64,000 bases of DNA from Macrostomum lignano (taxonomy: Eukaryota): positions 57,126 to 121,125 of the forward strand of contig NIVC01003078.1 in assembly GCA_002269645.1 (NCBI GenBank), in the 5' to 3' direction. Positions within the stretch are counted from its first letter, which is position 1. The number at the start of each line of letters is the position of its first letter. Positions 55,301 to 64,000 of this stretch are shown here, piece after piece. The translations under genes and the position numbers were made by a program. The notes beneath the pieces were generated by a model. The model had not been told where the DNA came from. It made no database searches and saw only the letters and a program-made list of their open reading frames with translations.

Positions 55301-58300
55301 ATGTTTACACAAGTCTCCGCCTCAATATCCGCCCCAATTCACATGATCTTAACTTGACATCAAACTCTGTATAATCGATGGCAATGCCAAGTATATAGCT
55401 AGTATCTAAATTTAGGCAACCTTCATCGCCATACACAAATTTTCTAAACAGAATGCGTACATTAGGCGAATACCATTTGAAACTGACAAAATTATTAATG
55501 GATGGCTTTGAAGCCAATTCACAAATTCAAGTGCAACAAATGCAAAACATTGCTGTCCTATAACCTACATTTACCGAAATCACTAGGCGATATCACCTCA
55601 GAATGGTTTTGAATAAAAACAATAAACTATAAACTATAAATCAAGTCATGAGCTAAAAAGCTAGCTAGAGAGCAATGAAACTCGACCAAGTCGTCTGACA
55701 CGTTGCACAAAAACTTTCCTCGGGCAAGCAAACATTCTATTAATTCATTTCTGTCTTCTCGTGAATCCCGGATCATTAGACTGCAACCTGTGCAAATTTT
55801 ATCACAATTTTGTGTCTGTCAAGTCAATGTTCCGAAATGTTATTATCATATAGCATGGCCTGTACGTACTTAGATCTCGTAGCTACAGAATTAGGTTAAC
55901 GAACCACGAAATTCCCTCACCATCCAGCGTCAGCTTTGTCAGCAGCGTTGTCGGCGGCGGCGGCGGCGGCGTCAGTGGCAGCTCTCCGGTTCGCCGGGCC
56001 CAGAGCATGCGCACTGGTGGCAGCTCCACCCTGCGCAAGTCCAAGCACATGCCGGTGGACGAGATCCTGGCAGCTGAAGCGGCCGACGACGCCTCGATGG
56101 CATCGGAGGTAGCGGGGATTTCCGGTGTTTTGGGATTATTTAAATAAAATTTTAGATTGAAGTTGAATTGAAAGACGTGATATAAAAATTGTTGTTATTT
56201 ATAAACTCGCAGGTAAGTGCAGCGTGATTTGAAATTTAACCTCTAACGCCTTACTTTACGTTTTCCTACTCTATAAATATTTTTAGTCACCGCTTTCCGC
56301 TTTCAATGTTTACGACAAAAAAGCAAACGCACTCAACTATTAATAGTTTTGTTATTTTTTCTACTTTGTTTTCCAGTTTTTTGTTTGAATGCTTGGTACG
56401 TAAAGATGCTTATTTTGTAAGAAATCGCTTTTGCTGGATCTGTGCAACATAGTCGATTGAACTGCGCTGCTGTTCAGTGTTAACAATGGGAGCAGGAACA
56501 GTCAAGATTTTACAAGAATGAAAGCCAGCCAGGCACTATTCTGCAATTTCACCTCGTACTCAAAAACACCCGCGTTCAGCGACTGCACGACCTCAGTGAC
56601 TCTTCGTCGCAACGCCACCAAGGTAAAGAAAACGCGAAGCGTCGTCAAAGCGCTGAGTTTCCACGCCGCCAACGATCGCGGCTCGATGGCTCGTCTGGGC
56701 GACGATTCACCGGGCCTGGACCCCGACGATGAGTCCTCGCTGATGCTCCGCTCTCCGACAACGGAGGTGCAGGGCTCGGCCTTGTCTAGCGCTGCAGCTG
56801 GCGCGGGTCCATTCTTAGATCTGGCGGCCAGCACCAGTGGCGGAGTAAAAGAGGTTTCCACTGCGCAGTACTTAGCGATCTATAGTTTAACCAGCTATTC
56901 GTTTATCTCAAATTTAGTTAATTTTTTAATTTGTGTTTTTGTCTCCTCGTCAGAAGCGCTCAAAGTGTTTAATACTGCCGCATAGTTCCGTCCAGTCATC
57001 GTTGTGTTGCACACCTCAAATGTTTTAATATAGCTCGTGTCCTTAAACAGCTCAATCAATCTATTAAAAATTTGAATCCCTCTCATGAGACGGCATAAAT
57101 TTGGAGCACTGACCCATAGTTTTAGCGCCTTAAGCTAGTACCAAGGCCTAGTCAAGTAGAAGGATGAAAAAACGCTTCTTGGAAAGTTTTAAGAGGCCGG
57201 TTTTACCGAAACAATACAAGGCTGAGATAGTAGGTTTTTATTTTTCCAGCACAAAAATTGTTATTGCTTTTGATAGGAGGCAGACCCAGTGGTTATCTTT
57301 TGATATAACTTAGCTATCTTACTTATTTATAGCTCTGGTGATATTCATACAGAATTTCGTTTAGAAAATTGAGAGTTTATTTAAACTTTATATCTTACGT
57401 ACAGGTCCTATGCCAAAAATCATAAGAATTCCCCAACTTGACTGATCATTGGTTTCATGAATCTTTGCTTCCATTCTGTTGCACATTTTGTTACACAGTC
57501 ATTAAGCTAAGAATGATTAAATAGATTCATGAATCCATTTTGGCACAGAAGATGTACAATTGTACATAAAATAAAATATTAACATCGAATCCTACTTTTA
57601 TAGACGAAAAGCTTTACGAATACCCCAGAACTATAAGAAAGGCAAGACATCATTGGTTCTGCCCCTGATCAAAAGCCACGTAGATTTTGTTCTAAAACCT
57701 CCTATCTCCGAAATGTATTTTTCGGCAAATCCTGCCTCCTAAAATTTCCCAAGAAACGTACTTTCCCGTTCTTCGAATTGACTAATCCTTGGCTAGTACT
57801 CGTACTAATTTACAGCATTCTATTTTTTGGCCTAAGCGTTTGCGATTATCTGTCGTCATAGCCAACTAGTTTTGATGCCACATGTGCCATTCCGGATTTA
57901 TATTTTTGTGGGAGATTTTTTCATCTGGGCTGTGGCTGACTCTTCTACCGAAGTGGAACGATATTGAACTCTCACTTTGAAAGCGTCGTATTAACACTTC
58001 TCTAGACTATAGGCGGGTTGTTGACAGCTTTTTAGCTTACAGCTATCGTATGAGCATAAACCCTCGTAGTCTATAAGCGAAAAAATACAGCCCTGACAGT
58101 GAGTGGCCTGGTAAAAAAAGTACTTCACTCTGGTAGCTAGCGCTGACTCATCGCTGGCTGAGAGAAGAATTGAATAGCGAAGGGTATTATACGGCGGAGG
58201 AAGGAGAGGGGTTTGGCTATTCAGCATTTGAGAGTGACTGAATGGGCTGACTGAACAGCAAAAAAGCCCCAAAGCCAAACCATGCACCCTCGTGCCTGCA

Positions 58301-60964
58301 CAGCGACTGCAAGCCTCTGAATGTCTTCACCACAATACACACCCTACAACTAGTGCACCGCTTTGACTGACTCTTGGGCGCTACAGAGCACAAAGTCTAA
58401 TCCTTCACATATGATCTTTTTTAATAATAAGTTATTAATGCACAACCTCTCATGAAGAGATAATTGAATACAAATCGTTTTTTGTTATTCATCGCTTCCC
58501 AATCCCAAGGCTTAGCTTTGCCGCCAGCGTATATTTTGGATACACTCAACTGTCGGGCCGAAACTTTAATTTTGTCCACAGCGCAAAGTCCTAAACTATT
58601 CATTGTGCCTACTCCTGCCCATCAAAGTGAGATTGAGATCAAAGCAGACATAACTGAATTAATCGATTGTTTGGAAAATTAGTTTATCCCGTAAAACATT
58701 CCGCGACGTTGATAGACGTGGCTGGGAAATTGGTACTTTTGCATTAGGCCGCAGGATGACGATGTTATACGTCGATCGAGCGTCGGTGTAATTTAAAGGT
58801 ACCTATTTGCCAGTGACATACATCAACGTCGGATTGCTGTACGGGTATAATAGATAATCAACGACTGTGATTCAATAGAATATATCTGGGATATCGGGAT
58901 ATTAGAAGTTTCTTTAAAGTTATCCGTACCGGATGGAATCTAGATCTGTCTTCGTAATTACTTTTCGTCCGAGTTCGTATTAAACGGTGATCCCAAATTT
59001 TTTGCGTTGTCTTTTTGGAGCCAAGTTTTTTTTAAATAAGCGTTAATCGCACTATTACTAAAACAACTTTACAGCAAGCTGGTCGCGCCGGAGACACTCT
59101 CAGATCGGGCGGTTCCAACATCCAGAGCACCCAGTTCGAAGTGCCTCGCCTTTTCACTATTCCGTGCGACGGCGAAGAGCACAAGGTGACCATCGCCATT
59201 ATCGACCTGTGCCCCACATTCGAGTACGAGTCTGTGCCGCAGAGGGCTCCGTATGCCTACTTGAAAGCTGCCGTTACTAACACGTCTAACTATGCTCTGC
59301 TGGCTGGACCTACAAACATCTATGTGGATAACAATTTCATCGGAAAGGTGAGAGTCGAAGCATATTTAGTGCCGATTCTAGTAAAACAATTTAACAAAAC
59401 TGTGCAACAACTATGGAATAATGTAGATTTTCTTTTCATAGTAACCATTTGAAGAAAATTTTATTAGCCCATCTACGGAAGCTCTTTATTTTCTCTACGC
59501 CGGTTGGAACCCCGGCGTCTGAATAAATTTAACGGCTGGATAAATTTAACGATAAACAGAGGTGGGGTCAAGTATCTTGATTGTCTAATGGACCGATAGC
59601 AGGGCCGCTTAGTACGGAAATATTGAATCAATAGAAGACATCCGTTGTTTCATAATAATTCGATATCTTTATAGTTAAGTCGTTCCTGACGCAAAGCCTA
59701 ATTTACAAACTGGGATGAATTTTTTGCGTCGGTATAATGATCGAAAGCAATTGTAGTTTGGATTTGAAAAATATAGTACACCACATCGTTATTTACATGC
59801 AATATCATCAATTATATTATCGCGTAGTTGTAGTACGTAATGGATAATCCATGCTGCAAACATGTATCTGATATACTGTATAAATCACTACGTGAACTAA
59901 TTAAATCCATTTATACTCCGTCCAATTCAGTCGGAGCTAAAGGCCGCCGCCCCATCTGAGGAGTTCCACTGCACCTGGGCGCCGATCACGGCATCAAAAT
60001 GAGTTACAAGCCAATGTACAAGAAGCGCGAAGGTGGCCAGTCCAAGACGGCACTGTTCTCGCACAAGCAGGTGATCGAATTGCGCAACACTCACCAGAAG
60101 CCAATCCGAGTTCAGGTCATCGAGCCGGTGCCTCGCCCTATCGAGGACAAGATCAAGGTTAGACCAGTAGTCATTCTACAGAGGCCTGCAGTGACATTAC
60201 TTATGACACACCCGAAGTAGTTAGAATTAAACCAATTAACAGTGTAAGACCACGGGTGCTATCGATGCTAAACACTGATCAACAAACATTCTCAGGTGAA
60301 CATCGTTGAGCCGCCTAAATTGAACTCGGAAAAGTACGACAAGCAGAAACCGATTCGGCTGAGCAAGTCACACTGCGTCGAATGGGACGTCGATTTGGAT
60401 GCTGGTAAGCGAGGTTTTTAGAGAAAATCATTTGCTTACTGGAGATAATATTTCATATTGTCATGCAAAACTACGTAATATTCTTTCTGAGTTAGCTTTA
60501 CCAAAGCTCCATGCTCGACACCAGATCGTCAGGCCAAAAAGTATTAAATAATGTCGATATGAAACAGTCCGATTTATTTTACCACGTTGCACGTTTCTGT
60601 CAAACTAGCGGAATTCTTCAGCTGAAGACAACAAAATTATGCAGAATGTATAAATTTAATTTCCCTTCTTAGGATACTTTTCAGGCTATTTAGAATAATT
60701 ATTATTACCAGATACAATTAATCACGGCTTCTATTCAGCGAATAACTTTTTGTTCATTATGAATAACAAATAGCTTAGATGCTGTACTTGTACGGGTTCC
60801 ATATACGACATATCGTACGTATATACATAAGTAAAAAATATTAAAAATGGTTATGTTTGACAATTAAATTTCACCTCTCAGGCGAGGGCAAGGAGCTAGT
60901 TCTTCGTTACAACATCGAGCTGCCAGCCGGAGAAACTTTGGAGTACACCGTGTCGGAGAATTAG
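46163..60964 (+). CDS. DUF4140 (N-term) + coiled coil + DUF4139 (C-term) protein, F37C4.5/MuiA-like, about 632 aa
   Basis: Exons 46163-46386, 47366-47654, 48340-48578, 54048-54177, 54417-54559, 55928-56108 (or 56580-56853), 59075-59347, 59931-60157, 60296-60404, 60882-60964; GT-AG and phase-consistent except a 1-nt deficit inside exon 8. Family-like motifs: VTVYLDRAEVCR, SYVVSRARWSPKYDIR, GMVQQNTGEDWENAQISLSTS, TIPCDGEEHKVTI, YAYLKAAVTNTSNYALLAGPTNIYVDNNFIG, EWDVDLDAGEGKELVLRYNIE. Family assignment is from motif memory; no HMM was run. Confidence 0.88.
46455..47085. repeat. 21-bp minisatellite AAATGGTCCATCAATGCTTCA (DUF gene intron 1)
   Basis: About 30 units. Confidence 0.93.
47366..47654 (+). 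CDS. DUF4140/4139 gene exon 2
   Basis: aaccag|(R)VEVKGPATIADVSF...ATESQ|gtgaat. Confidence 0.88.
47690..48250. repeat. 23-bp minisatellite GGGACTAAAAGTGTCTCATCGTC (DUF gene intron 2)
   Basis: Tandem units; degenerate copies reach back to the donor. Confidence 0.92.
48340..48578 (+). CDS. DUF4140/4139 gene exon 3 (coiled coil)
   Basis: ttgcag|DNASKS...ELQS-CG|gtaagt. Confidence 0.88.
48723..48939 (+). repeat. 5' LTR
   Basis: TGTTAGCAC...CGAACA, direct repeat of 52750-52966. Confidence 0.97.
48949..52728 (+). CDS. Gag-Pol polyprotein (2 CCHC knuckles, protease, RT, RNase H, integrase)
   Basis: CFCCGKEGHTKDQC and CLQCGKVGHLKAVC; LLDTGS; YQDD; TDAS; HEGH...CSSC, VSDNGPQF, SNGLAERF; domain order PR-RT-RH-IN; no stops. 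Start placed at a putative ACG because the first in-frame ATG is at 49816. Confidence 0.93.
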   Translation, partial: TAGLIEPLETEAPAEIERWFQRFEAVSKLNKWDDTAQKFALIAHLGKKAFALLADALLPDKPDAKTYADLKTQLIKETKAAKSEIAYRYAFHHLKQDDGEDVSAYARRLRLGSENCGFSTAELNDRLRDQFIFGLSNKEIVRKLLTEKLKDLTWEKVTTVANACEAVSRGERQISGGEILHVKSDPPSTSKAHKPAYQKSDQKNGQLCQVKCFCCGKEGHTKDQCHHRTKTCLQCGKVGHLKAVCRCGPNKGGQRPSTSNKWSQGGGRHPRSRVRAIDDAADQVGHIFSMMTPEDGRGSRRITRHVVVNGTKIKMLLDTGSCSTFVSSSVFQSLLEPANVRPTSRRFAAYQGDPVLVKGEAIVNAKLNSVSSDLTLFVVDNPKAESIYGLDWIAALEPDLYTFITKCTVPEEDGSNPTTACSVKRFSVSLAIEAGAKPIFFKPRQIPYGIQDDVKAELKRMEEAGQLQKVESSEWATPIVCVRKQSGKVRICGDYKVTLNPLLKDMVSTTPTIDEVLSKLGRARRFSTLDLSNAYLQVPVDEDSSVMLTWSTPFGLYRPTALAYGVKQAPAIFQSFMDRLLLNIEGVISYQDDILVWGFNQQSHDNRLSNVLRILKESGLSINEEKCTFNKPSIMFLGYEISENGIRPPPKKAKEIAGLEEPKNLKQLQSFIGMVDFYGRCIKNLASLKEPLTKLTRSGTKWAWGPIEQRAFQSIKDELHNAVALKPFDPSDKIVLTTDASPSGLGAVLEQSSGPVIFISKTLTQAERNYAQTEREALAIVWAVKRLHKYLLGHKFVIRTDHQPLKFIFDPGRSLSTVAAARVQRWAITLMSYEYAIECKRSAEIPVADALSRLQNSTSEGEQFDISSVQDCLLDFPINKERLRRQSKEDSELRKLFAQVKFGWNAEGLRELQQFSRFRDELVIENGLLYRGIRLVVPKQERSATLRLLHEGHIGPEKMKSIARKCVWWPEVDRDIEKYAKGCSSCQENKDHGATRQWTSWPDETECWSRVHMDYAGPMKGGNYMLVLIDAFSKWAEVHVTKGTTSSETIKRLRRTFAQEGVPVTIVSDNGPQFVSKEMQGWLKGINCRHVLTPPYHPRSNGLAERFVRDLKNHVRAAEEDDLQSCVDRFLLQYRNAKHSTTGKSPSELMRGHLLRTPAFSLAREPVWVKTYNNEMTKWKSGEVVATEGKVVVDVELEDGRRGRYHREQTKPRSSGSDDLVETQTEEHVHTDQESGLRRSNRHRQVPRRLEYRKLGVPT
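52750..52966 (+). repeat. 3' LTR
   Basis: Follows the PPT; 214/217 identical to the 5' LTR. Confidence 0.97.
54048..54177 (+). CDS. DUF4140/4139 gene exon 4
   Basis: cctcag|(R)EVSVVLESQ...SYVVSRARWSPKYDIRVFSNESAMK|gtaagg. Confidence 0.88.
54417..54559 (+). CDS. DUF4140/4139 gene exon 5
   Basis: ttgtag|IIYYGMVQQNTGEDW...KSNK-CC|gtaaga, phase 2. Confidence 0.9.
55928..56108 (+). CDS. DUF4140/4139 gene exon 6a (candidate alternative linker exon)
   Basis: atccag|(P)VSFVSSVVGGGGGG...ADDASMASE|gtagcg; enters phase 2, exits phase 0. Confidence 0.7.
56580..56853 (+). CDS. DUF4140/4139 gene exon 6b (candidate alternative linker exon)
   Basis: gttcag|(P)DCTTSVTLRRNATK...SGGVKE|gtttcc; GC-rich and open; enters phase 2, exits phase 0; second possible donor after 56766. 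Confidence 0.55.
57135..57800. mobile_element. Non-autonomous DNA element with long degenerate TIRs (copy 2 of a family)
   Basis: CCAAGG...AAAATTGTTATTGCTTTTGATAGGAGGCAGACC left arm (57141-57290) mirrored by a diverged right arm (about 57650-57792). Confidence 0.6.
59075..59347 (+). CDS. DUF4140/4139 gene exon 7
   Basis: ttacag|QAGRAGD...FTIPCDGEEHKV...NNFIGK|gtgaga. Confidence 0.9.
59931..60157 (+). CDS. DUF4140/4139 gene exon 8 (contains an apparent 1-nt deletion near 59975)
   Basis: attcag|SELKAAAPSEEFHC then, in a shifted frame, LGADHGIKMSYKP...EDKIK|gttaga. Confidence 0.8.
60296..60404 (+). CDS. DUF4140/4139 gene exon 9
   Basis: tctcag|VNIVEPPK...VEWDVDLDA-G|gtaagc. Confidence 0.88.
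60882..60964 (+). CDS. DUF4140/4139 gene exon 10 (terminal)
   Basis: tctcag|(G)EGKELVLRYNIELPAGETLEYTVSEN-TAG. Confidence 0.87.
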
Positions 60965-63900
60965 ATATTTTTATTGATTAAAAACGAATGTATCAACTGA
61001 TCGAACTTTGAAACTATTAGGCACCTGTTACGTTTATAACAATATAATATTCGCGAGCTTTATTTATAAATGCTTCATTGTAATAACCAAACTCTCGACT
61101 ATATTGGTTACTAGTATATATTCATGTTTAATACACATAGAGATATGAAAACATCTAAATACGTATATAGTGTGTTGTTGCGCGCATCTTTAGTTCTTAA
61201 ACAAATTATTAGTCGAAGCTGTTGTTTCTTTGCTTCTGACTATTTGCTGGCTACTACTGTCTATAACCACAAAGACAACCCCTCCTGCGCCCAATCCTTC
61301 TAAGGCTGTCTATTGTCATAATTTGTTTACCACGTTAATATGCGCAGATTAATTATCTTCTAGCTGAGTGCTTTGTGTGTCGCTTTACCGAAAATATCCA
61401 TTTTAATTTTTAATTAGCACGTACGCTAAAATTTGAAGAAGCTTACCGAGATTTAACCGAACTGAATCATAGAGTTAAAATACCATTAAAATGTTTCAGA
61501 CCATAAGAATCCATTTATGCTTAAACGCTATTCCTCACAAGTTTGTGCGTTTGAAATTTCCCATTTGTTTGTTTAAATTCTGTGGCATATTTTTGTGCAC
61601 AAAACTGTACAGACTGCACAAAAAATAATCGCACCAACTCGCTTTGCAATTTCGGTAATGATTGTTGAAGTTTTATAGAATTGTTACGATACCCGAGTAG
61701 CAATTTACTCATTTTATTTGGCTTTTCGAGCGCAAGCTGACTTTGAAGTGCTTATATTGCTTTTTGGCACTAATTCTGGTAATTCAGTTTTGTTATTATC
61801 ATGTTTATAGCCGCTCGAATATGGCACTTTGCCTTCGCAATTCGCTGAAGCTGTGTAATTCGTTAATTTAAGATCGAGATCTTATTAATTGACTTCTCTG
61901 ATGGGATAAAGTTGGTTCCGGAATCACTTTTCACTACAGAAGCTGACAACTCAAAGTGACAGAATATCTAGATGAGGGTTAGATAGAGTAAATCATGAAG
62001 AAACAAGACGATTGATGATTTATTCGTCGCGTAAATTTTTTATGCTCGTGTGTGCGATTGAAGCGCATGTATGGCGCAGGAAAATAAAAAACTTGCTTCA
62101 GCGTATCTCTTAATACGACTTGTTTATTTATATTATAATTGACTCCATGAGTATTTATTGCTCTTGTTTGTCAGTGACCTTACTCTATGACAAAAATAAC
62201 AAGGACAGAATTTGATGGTTACCTGAGACTGCAAAAAATATTTTGAAGGCTTTGTTTCCTTAAACTTTGGCTTCTATTTGTTTCCTATTCTTTGGATTGA
62301 CTGTCCGCAGCAGTACTAGCTGCTCTATGCATAACCATTATGATTTTAATACTTGCTACTCAAACTCGTCACTACTCGTAAATAACCCCTGCTATTTACA
62401 ATTTATAATTGTCTTCAGTTTAATTTACGCCATCGGCCTTCAATGTATTACAATTCTGTGCAGCTATATTACGCTTAACCAGTATGAGCAGTAAATATTC
62501 ACAGCCTTTGTCTAGTTGTTATCATACAAGCCACATTACGCTAGGGCGCATTAAATATTTTTTTAATAATTTCATATAAGGACAGTTTAAACGCTTTTAA
62601 TCCTTGCCCCCTAAGTACAAGTTACATGTGCATTTTAAGGTCGCTTTTTAAACTCAATTGCTGATTTTTTGTAAAAAAATCGACCTAAATATTTAATTAA
62701 TTACAAAATCGCCTGATTCATGTAAAGCTCGTATTTGATAGGATTGGATTGCGACTTCGTATTCAAAGTGAAAATACTTCATTGAAAAAATTGCAGTGCG
62801 GTAGTGAATTTTGTTTTTAACGTACGTAGTTTTTATATTAGCGATTTTTTGTTAATCGGAATCCCATGTGTCTAAAAATTTTATTTCTGCAACACTTTTG
62901 TCCCTTTTAGTCACCAAGGCCAAATTGGTTTTTTTTAAAAACAGTTTTTAATCTGATTAAGATTATTTTGTTGTACTTCCTGCTGTTTTTTAATATTCCG
63001 CGAGTTCCAACAATTAGTCTGCTGAAGTGCGAAAGTCATCGGAGAATTAAAACAAGATAGGTGCACTCATGAAGTCGCTAATATTTTCGATCCATAGTAC
63101 GCTATGTCCGATCTAGCAATACTGTTCTTTCAAGTCTTAATTTTCTATGTCTACTGTCGCTTTGCCCAATAAATATATGGCTAATATTGCACTGGTTCTC
63201 TGTTAATTCTATTTTTTTGTCATTTTTACGAGTTTGGGTGGCAGCAACCTCTCCCCGAATTATTAATTTTTATTCGATTTTGATCAGCCAGCATTATTAA
63301 ATGATTTTTATCTGATATTTTATTACTGCTTACAGCTTTTAAAATTCATATTTTACCGTCTTTTAATACGAGCAATATAATATAATGACACTGTTAATCT
63401 ATCTAACAATAACTATTACGTTAAAAAGCTGAAGTACACCATATATAAAAGTTATACAGTGATCTTTTAATTCTTGCAAACGTTACTATTATTACTACTG
63501 CCTGGACTATATAAACAGTTGAAATCTTTTAGAAGTCTTCTTTTTGTTTTAATTGATGCAGGAGTCCTGGTACATGTTACATCTGATTAGTTGATACTTC
63601 CGCAAGATATCGAGAATGTTGCAAGATATTTTAAAAAATTAAATTAGATTATCTGAAACGTCTATACAATCTGACTGACGTAACCCGGGCTGCATGAGAA
63701 TACATTGACCACAAATTGTACTAGAAATGGCCGACTATAAGGGACTCTATCGGTCACGGATGATCCAGGAGTCTCGAGTTATGGTGGGCGTTAGGGGAGG
63801 TCGCAAAAAGATGGGGAGAGGAGGACAGTAAGCACAATTATAGGCACAAAAACTTAAGCTCTCTACGAGCGTAGTGAAGCGTACTAACAAGCATTATCTA

Positions 63901-64000
63901 TACGCTAGGAATCAATCAATACGGAAAACTTTCACTCCTTCACTGTGCTTCAATAAGCATGCGTCAAGGTGCCCTCAAGAGTTGAGTTGGCTTTATCTAG

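Noticed and set aside
61000-64000. Short ORFs downstream of the DUF gene
   Set aside because: AT-rich, low coding character and no motifs; treated as ordinary 3' UTR/intergenic DNA.

Overview
This is animal (invertebrate) genomic DNA with GC-richer exons and repeat-stuffed introns. From memory, the style resembles Macrostomum-type flatworms; that is unverified. I reconstructed two spliced + strand genes by hand. (1) A complete 15-exon CAPS/CADPS (UNC-31) gene, 3027-33065, about 1380 aa. (2) A 10-exon DUF4140+DUF4139 (F37C4.5/MuiA-like) gene, 46163-60964. It has a candidate pair of mutually exclusive exons, a 1-nt frameshift in exon 8, and a young, intact 4244-bp Ty3/Gypsy LTR retrotransposon in intron 3 whose Gag has no AUG. 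Also present: a tRNA/CORE-like SINE upstream of CAPS, a dispersed long-TIR MITE family, a foldback palindrome, and a possible small orphan spliced gene at 39.0-45.6 kb. The most striking feature is about 27 tandem arrays (about 25.7 kb by my approximate edges, all between 3.7 and 48.3 kb). Nearly every intron has its own private unit, and unit lengths peak at 19-25 bp. Four arrays share a GGCGCCAA core, and many run almost up to the splice sites. All of this is by eye; no searches were run and array edges are approximate.
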